A stretch of DNA of 64,000 bases from assembly GCF_964204645.1 (NCBI RefSeq), contig NC_134029.1:3100001-3164000 (forward strand), in the 5' to 3' direction. The stretch comes from Tubulanus polymorphus (Eukaryota; Animalia; Nemertea). This document shows positions 1 through 39,800 of this stretch, piece after piece; the stretch's first letter is position 1; each line of letters begins with the position of its first letter. Below the pieces are notes generated by a model. The model had not been told where the DNA came from. It did no database searches and saw only the letters and a program-made list of their open reading frames with translations. The position numbers were made by a program, and so were the translations under genes.

Positions 1-168
1 TTCAAGTCACCTGCCTCGGGGCTGATAATGTGTTTCACATCTCATATCTCTTAGCATCGCTATAGACGTGCTTGTCATCCTTATTATTCTCCGATCAACT
101 GTCGTTGAAACATTCGATATTTTCAATAGTTAATCCTATGTCTGTAATGCCGTTATTCATCGTTTCAG

Positions 169-27422
<27,254 letters not shown>

Positions 27423-29745
27423 AATAAACTTGCGAGAATTCCTGAAACGAATTCTCAGAAATCCAGTCCAAATCGGGTGACAACGGAATAAACATTCGAT
27501 ATGTTTTTAACATTTTTCGCTTTAAAATGAATGACATGGCGAATACAGAAATTAGAAAAAAAAACTTTTCAACGTTCGTCGGTGACCGGTCGTGAAGACA
27601 AATTTCACGCCGAATGCAAAACGGTGGCAGTTAAACGCTGGTGTATCATTAGACTCTAGTTTCGTCTGTGCTCTCTCTCTCTCTACTCATACGGTTATTA
27701 TTGTTAAAATACATGTTTATAGCGGTAGAAATCTACATATTTTTGATGAATAAATCTCCACGTCAAATACTTTAAAATACTCATCATCAAATAATGTTAT
27801 TTTAAACGCAGTTTTATGCGACTATGAATATAACTGTATGAGACACACTATAGTTATGTATATTGTAGTATGTCTATGGGTGTACATACAACCTACGAGC
27901 AATTATCTTATTAGATAATTGCTCGTAGATACAACAGAGGAGGTAATATATATTCATCAAGAACCTCACACTGACCAGGGAGGCTGAACTTCCTGGAATA
28001 GAAAATCAAATTTGATTGTTTAAACTGGGAGTCATTATACAGTCACAATCACTTAATTCGGATCAGTTTAATCTCGATTTCGATCTAATCCGGATATTAT
28101 TAATGGTCCCAAATGATCCGAATTAAGCGGTTTCTGTCAGTATCGTACTTAAGGCAATATTTTCATCGAGGTTATCCTTTATCGAGAAAAAATGATTTAC
28201 AGATTTTTCATAAAGCTGAGAGTAAATTTCATTAAAACAGAGTTTGAATTAATTTATTCATTGCGGTTGCAGTATTCACAGCACAAATTACTGATTAAAC
28301 ACATATCTATTAAATAGTATTAGATATCATCATTCTCCCAACGAACATCTTCAGGTATACTTTTTAGATAAAACAAATTTCTTAGTCAACTGTGGCTGGA
28401 TTAATCTTGTATAAAGTATTAGAAGTACCGTATCCATATTGATGTCTGTTGTTCTCATGAAATTTTCTTCCAGAAAATCGATACATTTTTTTCGTTATTC
28501 GAAATCTACTGTTGTTGAATGCTGAAGCTGTTATATGCAGGGTCTCGGTAAAGGTACATTATATCAATGATAACGATATACGTATACGCTTCGCTTATGG
28601 AATATCTTCTTGTTAGCAGTTAATAGTGTAAATACTGTACAAAAATAAATGACAAAACAAAAGATGTGTTAAATCATCATCAATACTTGTACATGGTGTC
28701 TATAGCAAAACGTTTTTCTATTTACATTTTAATTTTATACTCTCGTATTCAACTAGTTATTGTTTTTTTTTTTTATTTATTTGTTTTTTGTGTAAAACTC
28801 CTGTAATATTTTTCAAAAACAACTTCTTTCATTTGAATACACACGTCGGGCAGGTTGGGTGATACGGTCTTATAAGTAGTTCTACGCTCTCAGATTGTGT
28901 TTTGTTTTGATCACGAGACCACGGACAGATGCCCGTATATGGATATTTTTATCGGGGACTATTTTTAATCACGTTGATATATCAGTCGTATTCTGCTTTT
29001 CGAGAAAGCCCTAATCATGGCTTTTGTGATATAATTCAGTAACGGGTGATTATATTGAATAGGTTGTCAGGTTTTTATTTGTGATCATGATTCAACTAAA
29101 ATCAGCGATGGTATGTGATTGTGCACGGCTAAAATCAATTAATTATCGCAATTTATAGAATTTACGCACCCTCGTAATATTGAAATTTCAGGTGATTTTT
29201 CTGTGCAATCTTCCATGCAAATGAAGTGCTTTATTTACAGCACGAACCATTGTACGTGACAGTTCAACAATGAAGGCATTTTTGAGTTAGATCTCTGACA
29301 GTTGAAATCATTTAGAAGATTTTGGAAGGTGTATGCAATGGTGGTGATTATACCTTTGACAGACCTCAAACATATTTGTTAACTGGTCAAATAACTGATG
29401 TCAATGATGCAAATGTATTTCTTTCTTTTTTACAAGGTGGTACGATGCTTTTTAGTAGTCAGTCTTTAATCTCGCAGACAGATTATATTGTATCCACTTA
29501 GTAAAAAAAAAAATTAGTTGAATTAGTTATTTAGCATTTTAATCTTTGTGTAATAATAATAATGTGTTATTATTTATTGCTGTGATTTTTAGGGGTCAAT
29601 TTCATTGCGGTAGTTTTTATTTGGCCGGTTTTATTAAAGCGTGGTCAAAGAATGGGTTCCATCCAGTTGTAGAGTCTATAGAAAGCGCTAATTTATTATT
29701 AGTCCTCTTTAAATAAAAATATGTCTATGCATAATAAACTACTCT
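27423..29745 (+). other. Probable PDE2 3' UTR with several AATAAA signals
   Basis: U-rich non-coding sequence after the stop; distal AATAAA at 29712 and 29733, just before the ARMC6 3' end. Confidence 0.5.
28040..28140. mobile_element. pogo/Tigger-like MITE remnant in PDE2 3' region
   Basis: TA|CAGTCACAATCACTTAATTCGGAT is inverted to ATCCGAATTAAGCGGTTTCTG. Confidence 0.55.
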
Positions 29746-29904
29746 TTCTTTCATTGTTAAATATGCCAGGGATGTCACTTTTCAGCTGATTCGGCTGAAT
29801 TTGATCCAAAATTGCAACGAAAATCAATTTGCTCTTGCTAGAGATCTGTCCACAACCCTATTCAGATTACATACATAGATGGTAAGTATTCCAAAGGATT
29901 GGTT

Positions 29905-29919
29905 AGCGCCACCTGGAAG
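29905..29919 (-). promoter_or_regulatory. CTCF-like motif between the convergent PDE2 and ARMC6 3' ends
   Basis: Reverse complement CTTCCAGGTGGCGCT. Confidence 0.45.
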
Positions 29920-30108
29920 ACTCCTCTGTCCTGCAGAGAATAACAAGAAAACCCTTTGAAAATTACGGTACTCAATAATTTTAATTTATCCACTAAAGAT
30001 TTTATAAAAATAAAAGAAATTTCTTGCAAAACCAGAAAATAAATAATTCAAGTACAATGAATGAACAATAGGCGTAATAAAGGAACAGATAGAAATAATT
30101 AAGATGAT

Positions 30109-32867
30109 CTATCTGGACATCTTGGTTTTTTCACCCGTCCACAATTCTTTCAACTCGACGTTACACCCTAAATCACGTAAAGCGGCCTTGGCTTCGTCTT
30201 TGCAGGCGGTATGTTGAGTATAAGACCAGCGTATGATCTCTTCGGCACCGAGCTCTAATAAAGGATTGATGTATTCTTTCGTTCTCGACACGAGATTTCG
30301 TATTGCCATGCATCCTTGTTTCTAACAAAATACAAGATTTTTGAAATTCATGAAGAAAGCTGCCTGAACTGACTAGATTAGAATTAATGCTTTTACACGG
30401 TCCCTACAGGTCAGATGTTCCTGGATAAAACGAGTTTTCAAGAAAATTTCAAATTTTGAGTGTAGTATATCACTTTCTTATCTCGATTTAAGTATAATCC
30501 TAAATAGGTACTATGGTTTCGTAAGCAAATTCCTATCTTTCTTTTTCAGTAACCACCTAATTAGGCAACAAATCCCGGCCCTACTGTACCAATTGAGGCG
30601 TAGTCTATTTACTGGTAAAAGTTTCTAAATGCCTCAAAATTGAAGGATTTGTTAATGAGTTTCGGGACTTTTTCTCAAATTGAAGAGTTTCAAGCGCCTT
30701 TAAAAGCAATTTTCATTTAGAAGGAGTTTTCAGGGAGATGTAGGAGTTTAATATAATACCTGTACAGGGACTGATGTTCTGTGTACTTTCATCGCTTGTA
30801 ATACAAGAGATGGTCCACCCTCGGCGAAGAACCGGTGACAAAGATCGGGTTGACGTAGAATAATCACAGCGATACAAATACAGCACATTTCACAGATAGC
30901 CGCGTGAGCCATGTGTTTAGTTAAAGCTGTCAGAATTAAAGCAAATCCATCGCGTTTCACAATGGCTACTTTAACATTATCGTTACCGGCGAGTGCTTTC
31001 AATAGACACATTATTTGATGCACAATAGACTGAAATAGAAGAAAACAATATCCTTTCTAAATAAGGCTAAGAAATTGATAGTGCGCTTTGTTTCTCATTT
31101 CTGCTGAGCTTATGTTCAGCCGCGTATCTACCCTGTACATTTTTTAAAAAACATGATCTAACTAACCATAACAGACATGGTAGTTATAGACATGAACTGG
31201 TTACCAATTTTTTACCAGTTTACACAAGTGATCCAGCCAATTTGGGACCGAAAATATGTCTGCCTCAAGCGATATCCGAGTTGGATATACTTCATTAGGT
31301 TCATTAGTTTGCGTACCTGGCTATTCAAATTGTTTTCTAAGGCTTTCAGAACGAACTCAATTCCACCGAGATCCATAATTTCCTGGCAAAACTCATTTCG
31401 AACCGACAATTTGCCTAATGTCTTAAACAATTCGCCCTGAACAGCATTGTTCGAACTATAATCTGAAAATAGGAAAATTTAAATCATTTGAATTTACGGG
31501 GTTCTTACAGATCGGAGAATTCAAAATACCCTGAAATTATAAGATATCTCAGTGGGGACTACTTTTTATCAATAAGTTCCTTGCGCTACTTGTCACCAGC
31601 AAAAGAAAAACAGGACACAAAAAATTCAAATTCCACGTCTTTTCCCTGATTTTCAAGATGAGACGGAATTCCCTGATTTTTGCGTCGGGGAGAATTTAAT
31701 TCAAAATTCCCTAATTTTCCCTGATCCTTTTAAAAGCCCTAATATGAATACATACTCAATCATTCGTACACGGGAGCCTTTTTCAAATACAGTAAACCTC
31801 AATATCTACCTCTCGAGATTTCTAGCAACATTTTCAGCGCATTCGTTTCTGTGACGATCAACTTGGCGTGTTCATGAGCTCTGCCGAACGGAACGCGCAC
31901 GTCGTCATCGAGAGTTAACGTCTGTAACATTAGACAAACTTCTTTAACGATGTCTCCATCGCGAGCGCGATATTCGCTCAGAACAGTCATCAACGATTGG
32001 ATGATGTGCTGCCCGACGAAACCTTGTCGATTCTCCTCGTGCATCGTGCATGTTTTACGAATAAACGCGATCACGTTCAAAACGATTTCGCGATCGTCCA
32101 TTCGACTGTCGAGAAGCTTCGCGAAAAATATCACGCCCTGCCCGTCGATCAGGTCCGGTTGACCGTTAAGCAGCGAATTCAGAGTCCGCAAACAAACGAC
32201 TATCGACTCATCGTTTCGCGCATCGTAGAATTTTTTACAGCAATCGAATAAAACGTCGTAGGCTTTATTGGCTCCGGCTAAACACCGATGCGGTAGATCG
32301 ATATCGCATTCAGTTTCGATCAGGGAACACGAACGTTTGATTTGAATCTCGTCGTCAACGTCGAGACCTTGTTTCAGTTGTTCGATCGCTTCGATGACCG
32401 GTTGTTTAGTTTCAGCTCCGTCCCCGCAACCTCGGATCTGTGTCGCATCTTGTACAATGTTATCTAATCTCACTCCCTGCAACAAATCAAATGCATAACC
32501 GCATTTTTAGAAAATCTATTTGAATATTTTTGGCGTAAATGTATGATTTTACGAGAAAGTTTAAAATAAGCTGAACAAGCATTGCCTTTCAGGGTGGCCA
32601 CTTTCCCTTTCCACCTATTTACAAATCCTGATTTCTCGGTTAGTTCCGCGAGTGAACGAATCAGAGAAATTTCTAGGTTTAAAAGTTACATTCATTTTTC
32701 CATTGAATCACGTATTGATTTTTCCTGAGTTCCCGAGGCGACCTACCTACCTGTGACTGAAATTGTTTGACTGCATCGTTCAATGCTCCAGCCGCATCCA
32801 TTTCAAACTCTTCCATATTTTCGCGCACGGCTGCGTCGAATGTTTCTTGCGTTATTCGTTTACTCAT
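30109..32867 (-). CDS. ARMC6: Armadillo repeat-containing protein 6 (470 aa)
   Basis: Exons 32867-32751, 32476-31810, 31462-31317, 31029-30760, 30321-30109 join in phase (1413 nt). Hallmarks: [80 protein letters not shown]. The ATG follows an acceptor AG directly; a non-coding exon probably ends at 32993. Confidence 0.96.
31497..31779. mobile_element. Non-autonomous DNA element in ARMC6 intron (same family as 37005-37170)
   Basis: CGGGGTTCTTACAGATCGGAGAATTCAAAATACCCTGA matches the reverse complement of 37133-37170 (CAGGGTTCTTAGAGATCAGGGAATCCAAAATGCCCTGA). Confidence 0.6.
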
Positions 32868-32992
32868 CTATAGAAAACAAATCACACAGACAGGTAATCA
32901 CGACATCATAGACATAATCGGATCTATTATTGTCATGTCAGATTCAGACATTGAACTGAAAATGTCCAGTTAACAGGTTAATAAATACTAAC

Positions 32993-33854
32993 CTTTTCAC
33001 TGAATAGCTAGGACTACCTAGCTATTTACTATTGACTTTTGGGGAAAAAACAAAACAATGCCCGTTGCGAAATAACCTTAAATAAAGGAGTTGAATTTCT
33101 AAGAAATTACGGTTTCCAGTGCATTCCATGGGCTGGCGACGACCTTGAAATTGATTTTTAACCTAAAACCTGGTAGCAGCACTGCACGGTCACCTATCGG
33201 CATTTCTGTGAACTAATATTGCGGGCTGGTTGGACGGGCCGGTGTAGTTTGTTGTAGTAGATAGAGTCTAGCGTCAACACCAGCTAACTTGAAAACTCAG
33301 TCGATTCGAACCTGGGACAACCGTGTTTATCTTTCTGGTTTTTACTCAGAACTAGCAGTCTCGGTTCAAACCTGGGACTAGACTGGTTGCCTGTCCCATT
33401 CAATATAGGCCTTTTTATGAACCAGCAAAATCGAAATAGATTAGCTATTTAGATAATATAGCCGATTAGTGTCAATTAGCATAACCGGGTATGTTGGTTG
33501 ATAAAAACGCCAGGTAGAAATTATTCAATTATGGACTACTCAGCAGCGACTTCTACCGAGAACACCATATCCGGTTTAGATAATCGGCATACTTGCTCGC
33601 CGAGCAAGTATGCTGAGTATGCTAATCGATTATGATAACCAATGTTCATAAAAATGACGGATTATGACATAATCCATGCTCATAAAAACGTTTTGCATAC
33701 TCGAATATACTAATCGAGTGTTCCCAAGGCCTCAAGAATTGAAGATAGAGACCGGTAACCAGTCTAACCTGGGACATCCCATACTACTATACTGTCCTTT
33801 TCCTTATTTTACCTTCTTGGACCGCTCAATCCGCGTTTTACTCACCGAATCAAA
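32993..33854. promoter_or_regulatory. Bidirectional (head-to-head) ARMC6/PHF14 promoter region
   Basis: Divergent start codons ~990 bp apart; ARMC6 5'-UTR donor at 32992. Confidence 0.7.
33379..33766. mobile_element. 388-bp TIR element (TAGACTGGTTRCC termini) with 9-bp flanking direct repeat ACCTGGGAC
   Basis: Left end TAGACTGGTTGCCTGTCCCATTCAAT; right end (reverse complement) TAGACTGGTTACCGGTCTCTATCTTCAAT; ACCTGGGAC at 33370-33378 and 33767-33775. Confidence 0.75.
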
Positions 33855-36800
33855 ATGGCTTCTAGTGGGCAAGAAGAAGAAGACACTGCAGTCGGATTTC
33901 TGTATAAAACCATGCGTAAGAGCTGAATTATTGCTCCAAACACATTGCATCTCAATGAACAGTAATTAATTGATAGTTTATGATTATTCTCCCATTAATG
34001 ACTCGATCTGATCTACCTCTCGTAGAGCGGTTTATATACCCGTAGCCTAGTCTGTCAGTTTACCGCTCAGTGGTAACTCAACACAACTGCAACGTCGGAG
34101 TTGTTGTTTATTATTCATTTCGATTCAGGAGAAAGAGATCCGAGTAAACGTCGTGTTAAACCAGTAGCGAAACATTTACAACAAGTTGATTTTGGAGGTC
34201 TAGAAGACAGCGATAATGATAGTGATTTCGAAGTTGATGAAGAAGGTAATGCTGAATCTATCCATAAAATGCTCTTGACTTATTAATTGAATTGTTGAAC
34301 TCTAATCTAAATGTTTGGTCAATTTTTAATAAGGTTTCTGATTTTTTATCATTTTATGAATACATTGATTGTTAATTCAATTGGTAGAAAATGATTGCGT
34401 AAACATCGGTTTTTTTGTAATTTTCAGAGGAAGATGAAACGGTAGCAGATGTTGTTCCGAGAAAATCTCACATATCAAAAAATGACGATGATAACGAAGA
34501 TGAGGAGATGATGGAAGTTGATTCAGATGCTGATGACGAGGAGGGAGAGGATGATGAGGAGGGAGAGGATGGGGATGAGGTCGAAAATGACAATAATGAA
34601 CAAAAATCTGAAAATATGTCATCAGGTAAGAGTTTGATTCCAGATTCAAATTCGACCGATGACTTTTACTCATCTTCATGATTTATGATAATTTGAAATC
34701 AGGAAATGCCAGTGATGATGATGATGACAGTGATCTCGATGATGATAATGATGATGATTCGGATGAAGATGAAAGCGACGATGATTCGGACGAAACATCG
34801 GAAGGTTTATCGTTAGCGGCCGCGTTAGAGAACGCCGAGGATAGCGAGAATGATCTCGATTACGTTCCTCCGACGAAAAAGAATAAAACCTCCACATCTT
34901 CGACGAACGATAAGAAGAAAAAAGACGGCGGAACGACGACGGAGGGCGGCAGAAAAATCAAACCAACAGAACGAGCTGAGTTTATATCCGATAACAGACC
35001 TCGACGTGAAGAGATAAAGGTTAGCGGTGTTCCCTCATTCAGATGACCGCTTAGTTTGATGGTTATAGCTGATAGCTTGTTTCATCTGTAAAATCACTAA
35101 GAAAATATTCTCATCATCAAAATTAAAATCATCAATTCTTATATCCTAGTTTGCTATAACACAAAAGGTTTTCTATTTCGGAGAAAATGTGCATCGACAT
35201 GTCCAAAAACATCTGACTTATAATGCATGGTTTACTGTATAACTGTTATTTGTGCAATATTGTGTCTATGGTTGTAGATCTCTGGTGAAGTGTCACTTAC
35301 CGATGGAATCCGCGGTAAGAAGTTACGTATACTGGTATGTTCGGTATGTTTAGGTGATATCAGCGCTGAAAGTGACGAGATCGTTGAGTGTGACAGCTGT
35401 GGCGTATCCGTACACGAGGGTTGTTATGGTATCAGCGATAGCCAATCGGTAGCGAGTACTGTATCGTCGGCTAGTACTGAACCGTGGTTCTGCGATGCTT
35501 GTAAAGCTGGAATTCGAAACCCAGTAAGTATATTATCACGATATCTGTCTGCATTCCTGTATTCATTCAATGCAAAAGTTCTACAGTGACATCACTGCAG
35601 ACCAACAAATGTCGGACCAATAATGATGGATCTATTGAAAATTCCAAAAATGTATTTTAGCGCTAATCCTGTTTAGAATACATAAATGTATGTGGATGCC
35701 TCTTGATTTAGAAAATTTTAAAAATTTTCATGGGGCAGGGCCCCATACCCTACAAGGGGCTCTGCGTCTACGGCGCTCGCCTTTGAGGAAACCCAATGTA
35801 TGCCATTTTTTCCTGATGTCTGACCGATGATAGAAAAATGAAGCATACGTCACTGTATGATTCTTTTTCGTTACAGCATTGCGAACTCTGTCCAAATTTC
35901 GGCGGAATTTTCAAAGAAACTGATGCTGGAAAGTAAGTCGTCGGTATTCCTAAAGCCTTGATTTAACAGTGTTTGTAGAGAGCCTTTTTTTGCTAACTTT
36001 TGACTTATAATGAAGTTCCGACTTTCGCCTAAGTCTGACTACTAAAAACTATGGATTGAGTCTGATGGATTCTGGTCTAATGTTTGTCTCTTTTATAGAT
36101 GGGTTCATATAGTCTGTGCATTTTACATTCCTGGAGTCGCATTCGTCGATGTTGATAAACTCAGTCCTGTTACATTGTTCGAAATGTCCTACTCTAAATG
36201 GGGAGCTAAGGTATCTATAGTTAATGTATTGAGCACATTTACAGATCAGCCTTATTTGTTAACAATAACCCACAAATCTGTTTATTGCAGGAATGTAGTT
36301 TATGTGAAGATCATAGATTCAGTAGAACAGGTGTTTGTATTGGTTGTGATGCCGGTATGTGTCGAGCTTATTTCCATGTAACCTGGTTAGTATTATTGTT
36401 ATATAGAAGTCTGTCTTTTCGTGCTTTTGTTCGTTTATATCGATGTATCGATCCTGTGTATTCTTTTCAGTGCTCAAAGAGAAGGACTCTTATCCGAAGC
36501 TTCACCGGATGAAGTACGTGTAAATATAATCTGAATGTCACTCGTTAAATGTGCGGCCGATAACGTTAGAACTGAGGGGTGATATTGAGGGTCGTGTAGC
36601 CTAAGACCTAAGAGTCTCGGGTTTAGTGATTCCAACTACTCCACGCTTTATGTCATTTTATACCCGGTAAAATGTTTCTTTCTGTTTTCATTAGGATATT
36701 GCCGATCCATTTTATGCCTACTGCAAACAACACGCCGATAAATTCCTAGTAAAAGCAAAACATAGGAACTATTTAGCTCTACAATCACAGGTTAAGGACA

Positions 36801-39800
36801 AACTAAAACTAGCAGTAGATGAAGACTCCGAACAGGTACTCAATTTCCTCACCAATACCAATACTGAACTATTACAATGTTTCTATGTTGTGTTGCATTT
36901 TATTTTCAAACAGGCAAGATTTCAGAGGAAGTTAGCTCGACATTGTCGCAAATACAACGAAGCAAAGACCAAACGTCCGCTGTGTTGGGGTAGGTGTTCT
37001 TGAAAATCAGGGAAAAGTCGAGGCATTTGAAATTTTGGCGATGAGTGGTGCAAGGAACCTCTTTGTTTAGAAACAGCCCCCACTGAAGAAATCTTATGAT
37101 TAAATCAAGGAATATTTGGGGTCAGGGAAATATCAGGGCATTTTGGATTCCCTGATCTCTAAGAACCCTGACAAACGCTGATGGTCGGTTTTCTGTTATA
37201 GTTCCAACTGAGAAAATGCCCAGATTGTTATCATCGTGTCCATCCGCTGTTCGTCGTCTGCTTAAGAAGGCCGAACTGATGGGAATCAATACTCAGGTCG
37301 AGCATCATGTGACAACGAAAGATATCCGTAAAAAGTGGCATGTCCCAGTTGCATTTAGCGTAGAATACATCAGTTATTTTCTAGGTAAGTTGAAAGCGAT
37401 ATTTTGGTGTGAAAATATTATCGGAATCCATCGTTGTCTTACAAGATTTATGTTTATGAATTTGTTTAGAACGAGACAATCGTATAAAGAATCTCAAAAA
37501 ACATGTGGAAGAAATCATACCTCAAAACGATGTTTACCGCGAACAGGAGACAGAACTCAGACAGAAATATGACAAAGTGAGCTTTAGTTCCAGTGGAATC
37601 GAGGACTGGGATTTGAACCCTAGTGTCGTTTTCCCGAGCAAAATGAATTGGTTGAAATTTCATCATGAATTTTTGTAGATTCATGCGATGGTCACCGATT
37701 TACGCAAAACCAATCAGAAACTGAAGGAAGAAGGAGAAAATCTATGGAAATACCTGTCGACATTGGCCGGGAAAAAACTACCCTTACCTGAAATATTCTC
37801 ACCGAAGAAATCTCCGCTGAAAGTCACAACTACTTCGACTCCCGGCAGTAAAAAGGAACAACCATTATCGCCCCCTATCGGTGTCGTGTTACAACAGTGA
37901 GTAGAAATCTTTCAAAGATTTAGAGGTAATAAATTAATCACGAGCGGAAATGTAATTTTGTCAGTTGATTTTAGTTGCGGAATTTGTCATAAAAGCAGAG
38001 ATCAACATCAAATGGCTCGATGTGATCAGTGTAAGAAATTCTATCATCTCGGCTGTTTAGATCCACCTCTTACACGTATGCCAAAAAAAACCAAACTATG
38101 CGGCTGGTAAGTACATAAACTGTAGGGACTTGGCAGTTGACTGCGGCAAGTGAGGATCCACCAGGTGGCGCTCGTCTATGATGCAAAATCTGTTCTTTAG
38201 TTTCTCAAATCTGACAAACGCCTTAAAGACCAATAAGTTTATCTAAAAGCGTGATTTAACGATTTGATCAAGCTGTCCTTCTGTCCTACGCGCGCCATCT
38301 ATTGGCAAGCAAAAACCTCGTTGAATTCTAGAGCCGGTTCGACAGTTTGCATTCGTTTTAAAGGCAATGTTCAGAATGTACTCCGCGATCCAGCGAAGAG
38401 TCCGAAGATCCCGACGCAAATCCCGATGCGCCGCGAAAACTACGCGAGAAAATCAAAGAACCGCTGAAATTCACGCAGTTCTGCGATGACGTATTGCCGG
38501 TAAGCAGATCGAGGGATTACCCACCTACATACGGTATTATGGTAAGCGTCATTGTTACTATTCACACACGTGATACCATGGTGATGTATATAGAGTGAGT
38601 GATTCTATCAGTTAAAGCACGTTGCGTCCGTCGTCATCAACGGTAACATTGAATATCTGCATGATTCTCCGGTGAATGTGCTCTAGTATTACAGCATGGC
38701 ACCAGCAGCAGCAACTATCATTCATTTATTACTTAGTAGTGTTTGCTTTATTTATTTTACCCCGTTGTACACTGAGGTAAAACATGTACAGTCAAATCCA
38801 CCTCATTCATAGCTGATTAATTCGTATAATCATTTCATAATTTCGTATTTATTTGAGTGAGGATTTGTACAATCATTAGGTAAATAATGTAGTTCTGTCC
38901 CATGTATATTCTAAATTTAATAAAATGTAGCATTAGATATTTTGTATTTCACTTCATTCCTACGATTTCACTCCGGTCGCGAGGGATACGGACTTGACTG
39001 TATTATATGTATTTATGTCGTGCTTTGCTTATATAATCATTCAATTTATTATATATATCCATGGTTTACTATTTAGTGCAATTTTTTTTACGATTTGCTT
39101 TTTGTGATTATTTACTGCTTATTTTACTTTGTTTTGAAGTATTTCGTTGTCGATTTAAACGCATATATGATACCGATAGGTTTTAGAAGATTATGCAGTT
39201 ATTTAGTATAGATAAGTTTAGAATATCTTTCTGTCACCCGGCAAATTGAATTCCGTATTTTGTTTCAGGCCAATTTAAAACCAGAAACTGCTGTCAAATC
39301 GAAGAAAAGACCAAGGAGTAAAAAAGTGAAGAAGTTACCAGAAACAACTGATGAGATTATTCAGAAAAAGGTTTGCCGTAATATCTGACATCAGAACTGA
39401 GTTCTCTGAGCTTGATTGAGTGTAATATTCTATTTTGTAAATATTTCAGGCAATTGTGTCTGCCACACGAGTCGTTCAGTCGATGAAAGAAAGGAGGATG
39501 TTCCCGATGGAATGTGCTACATGTCTCAAACCGGGAGATAACTCAACTGTTGTCAGGTAAGTACACACCCACCACCACCTCGCCTTATGCCAGGCATTTT
39601 CTGAAAACGGAGCATCTGTATTTTATCTCGGGAACAAAATAGCCGTCACATCCAAAATGTCGCCACTCTCGATACCACAAACATTTTGACCGATGTGGCG
39701 CCGTTAAATATGGTTTTAGGAGCCATTTCATATAGTTCATACTGGTACGAATCCACAGGAGGAGGAGGTCAAACTTCTTTCTATGGAAGCGATGCATAGA

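Noticed and set aside
36211-36290. U12-type intron in PHF14 (donor GTATCT)
   Set aside because: Does not match GTATCCTT and has no TCCTTAAC branch site.
38695-38925. Alternative terminal exon of PHF14 (HGTSSSNYHSFIT*) removing PHD4 and the tail
   Set aside because: Weak acceptor, and the downstream AATAAA lies inside an AT-rich MITE.
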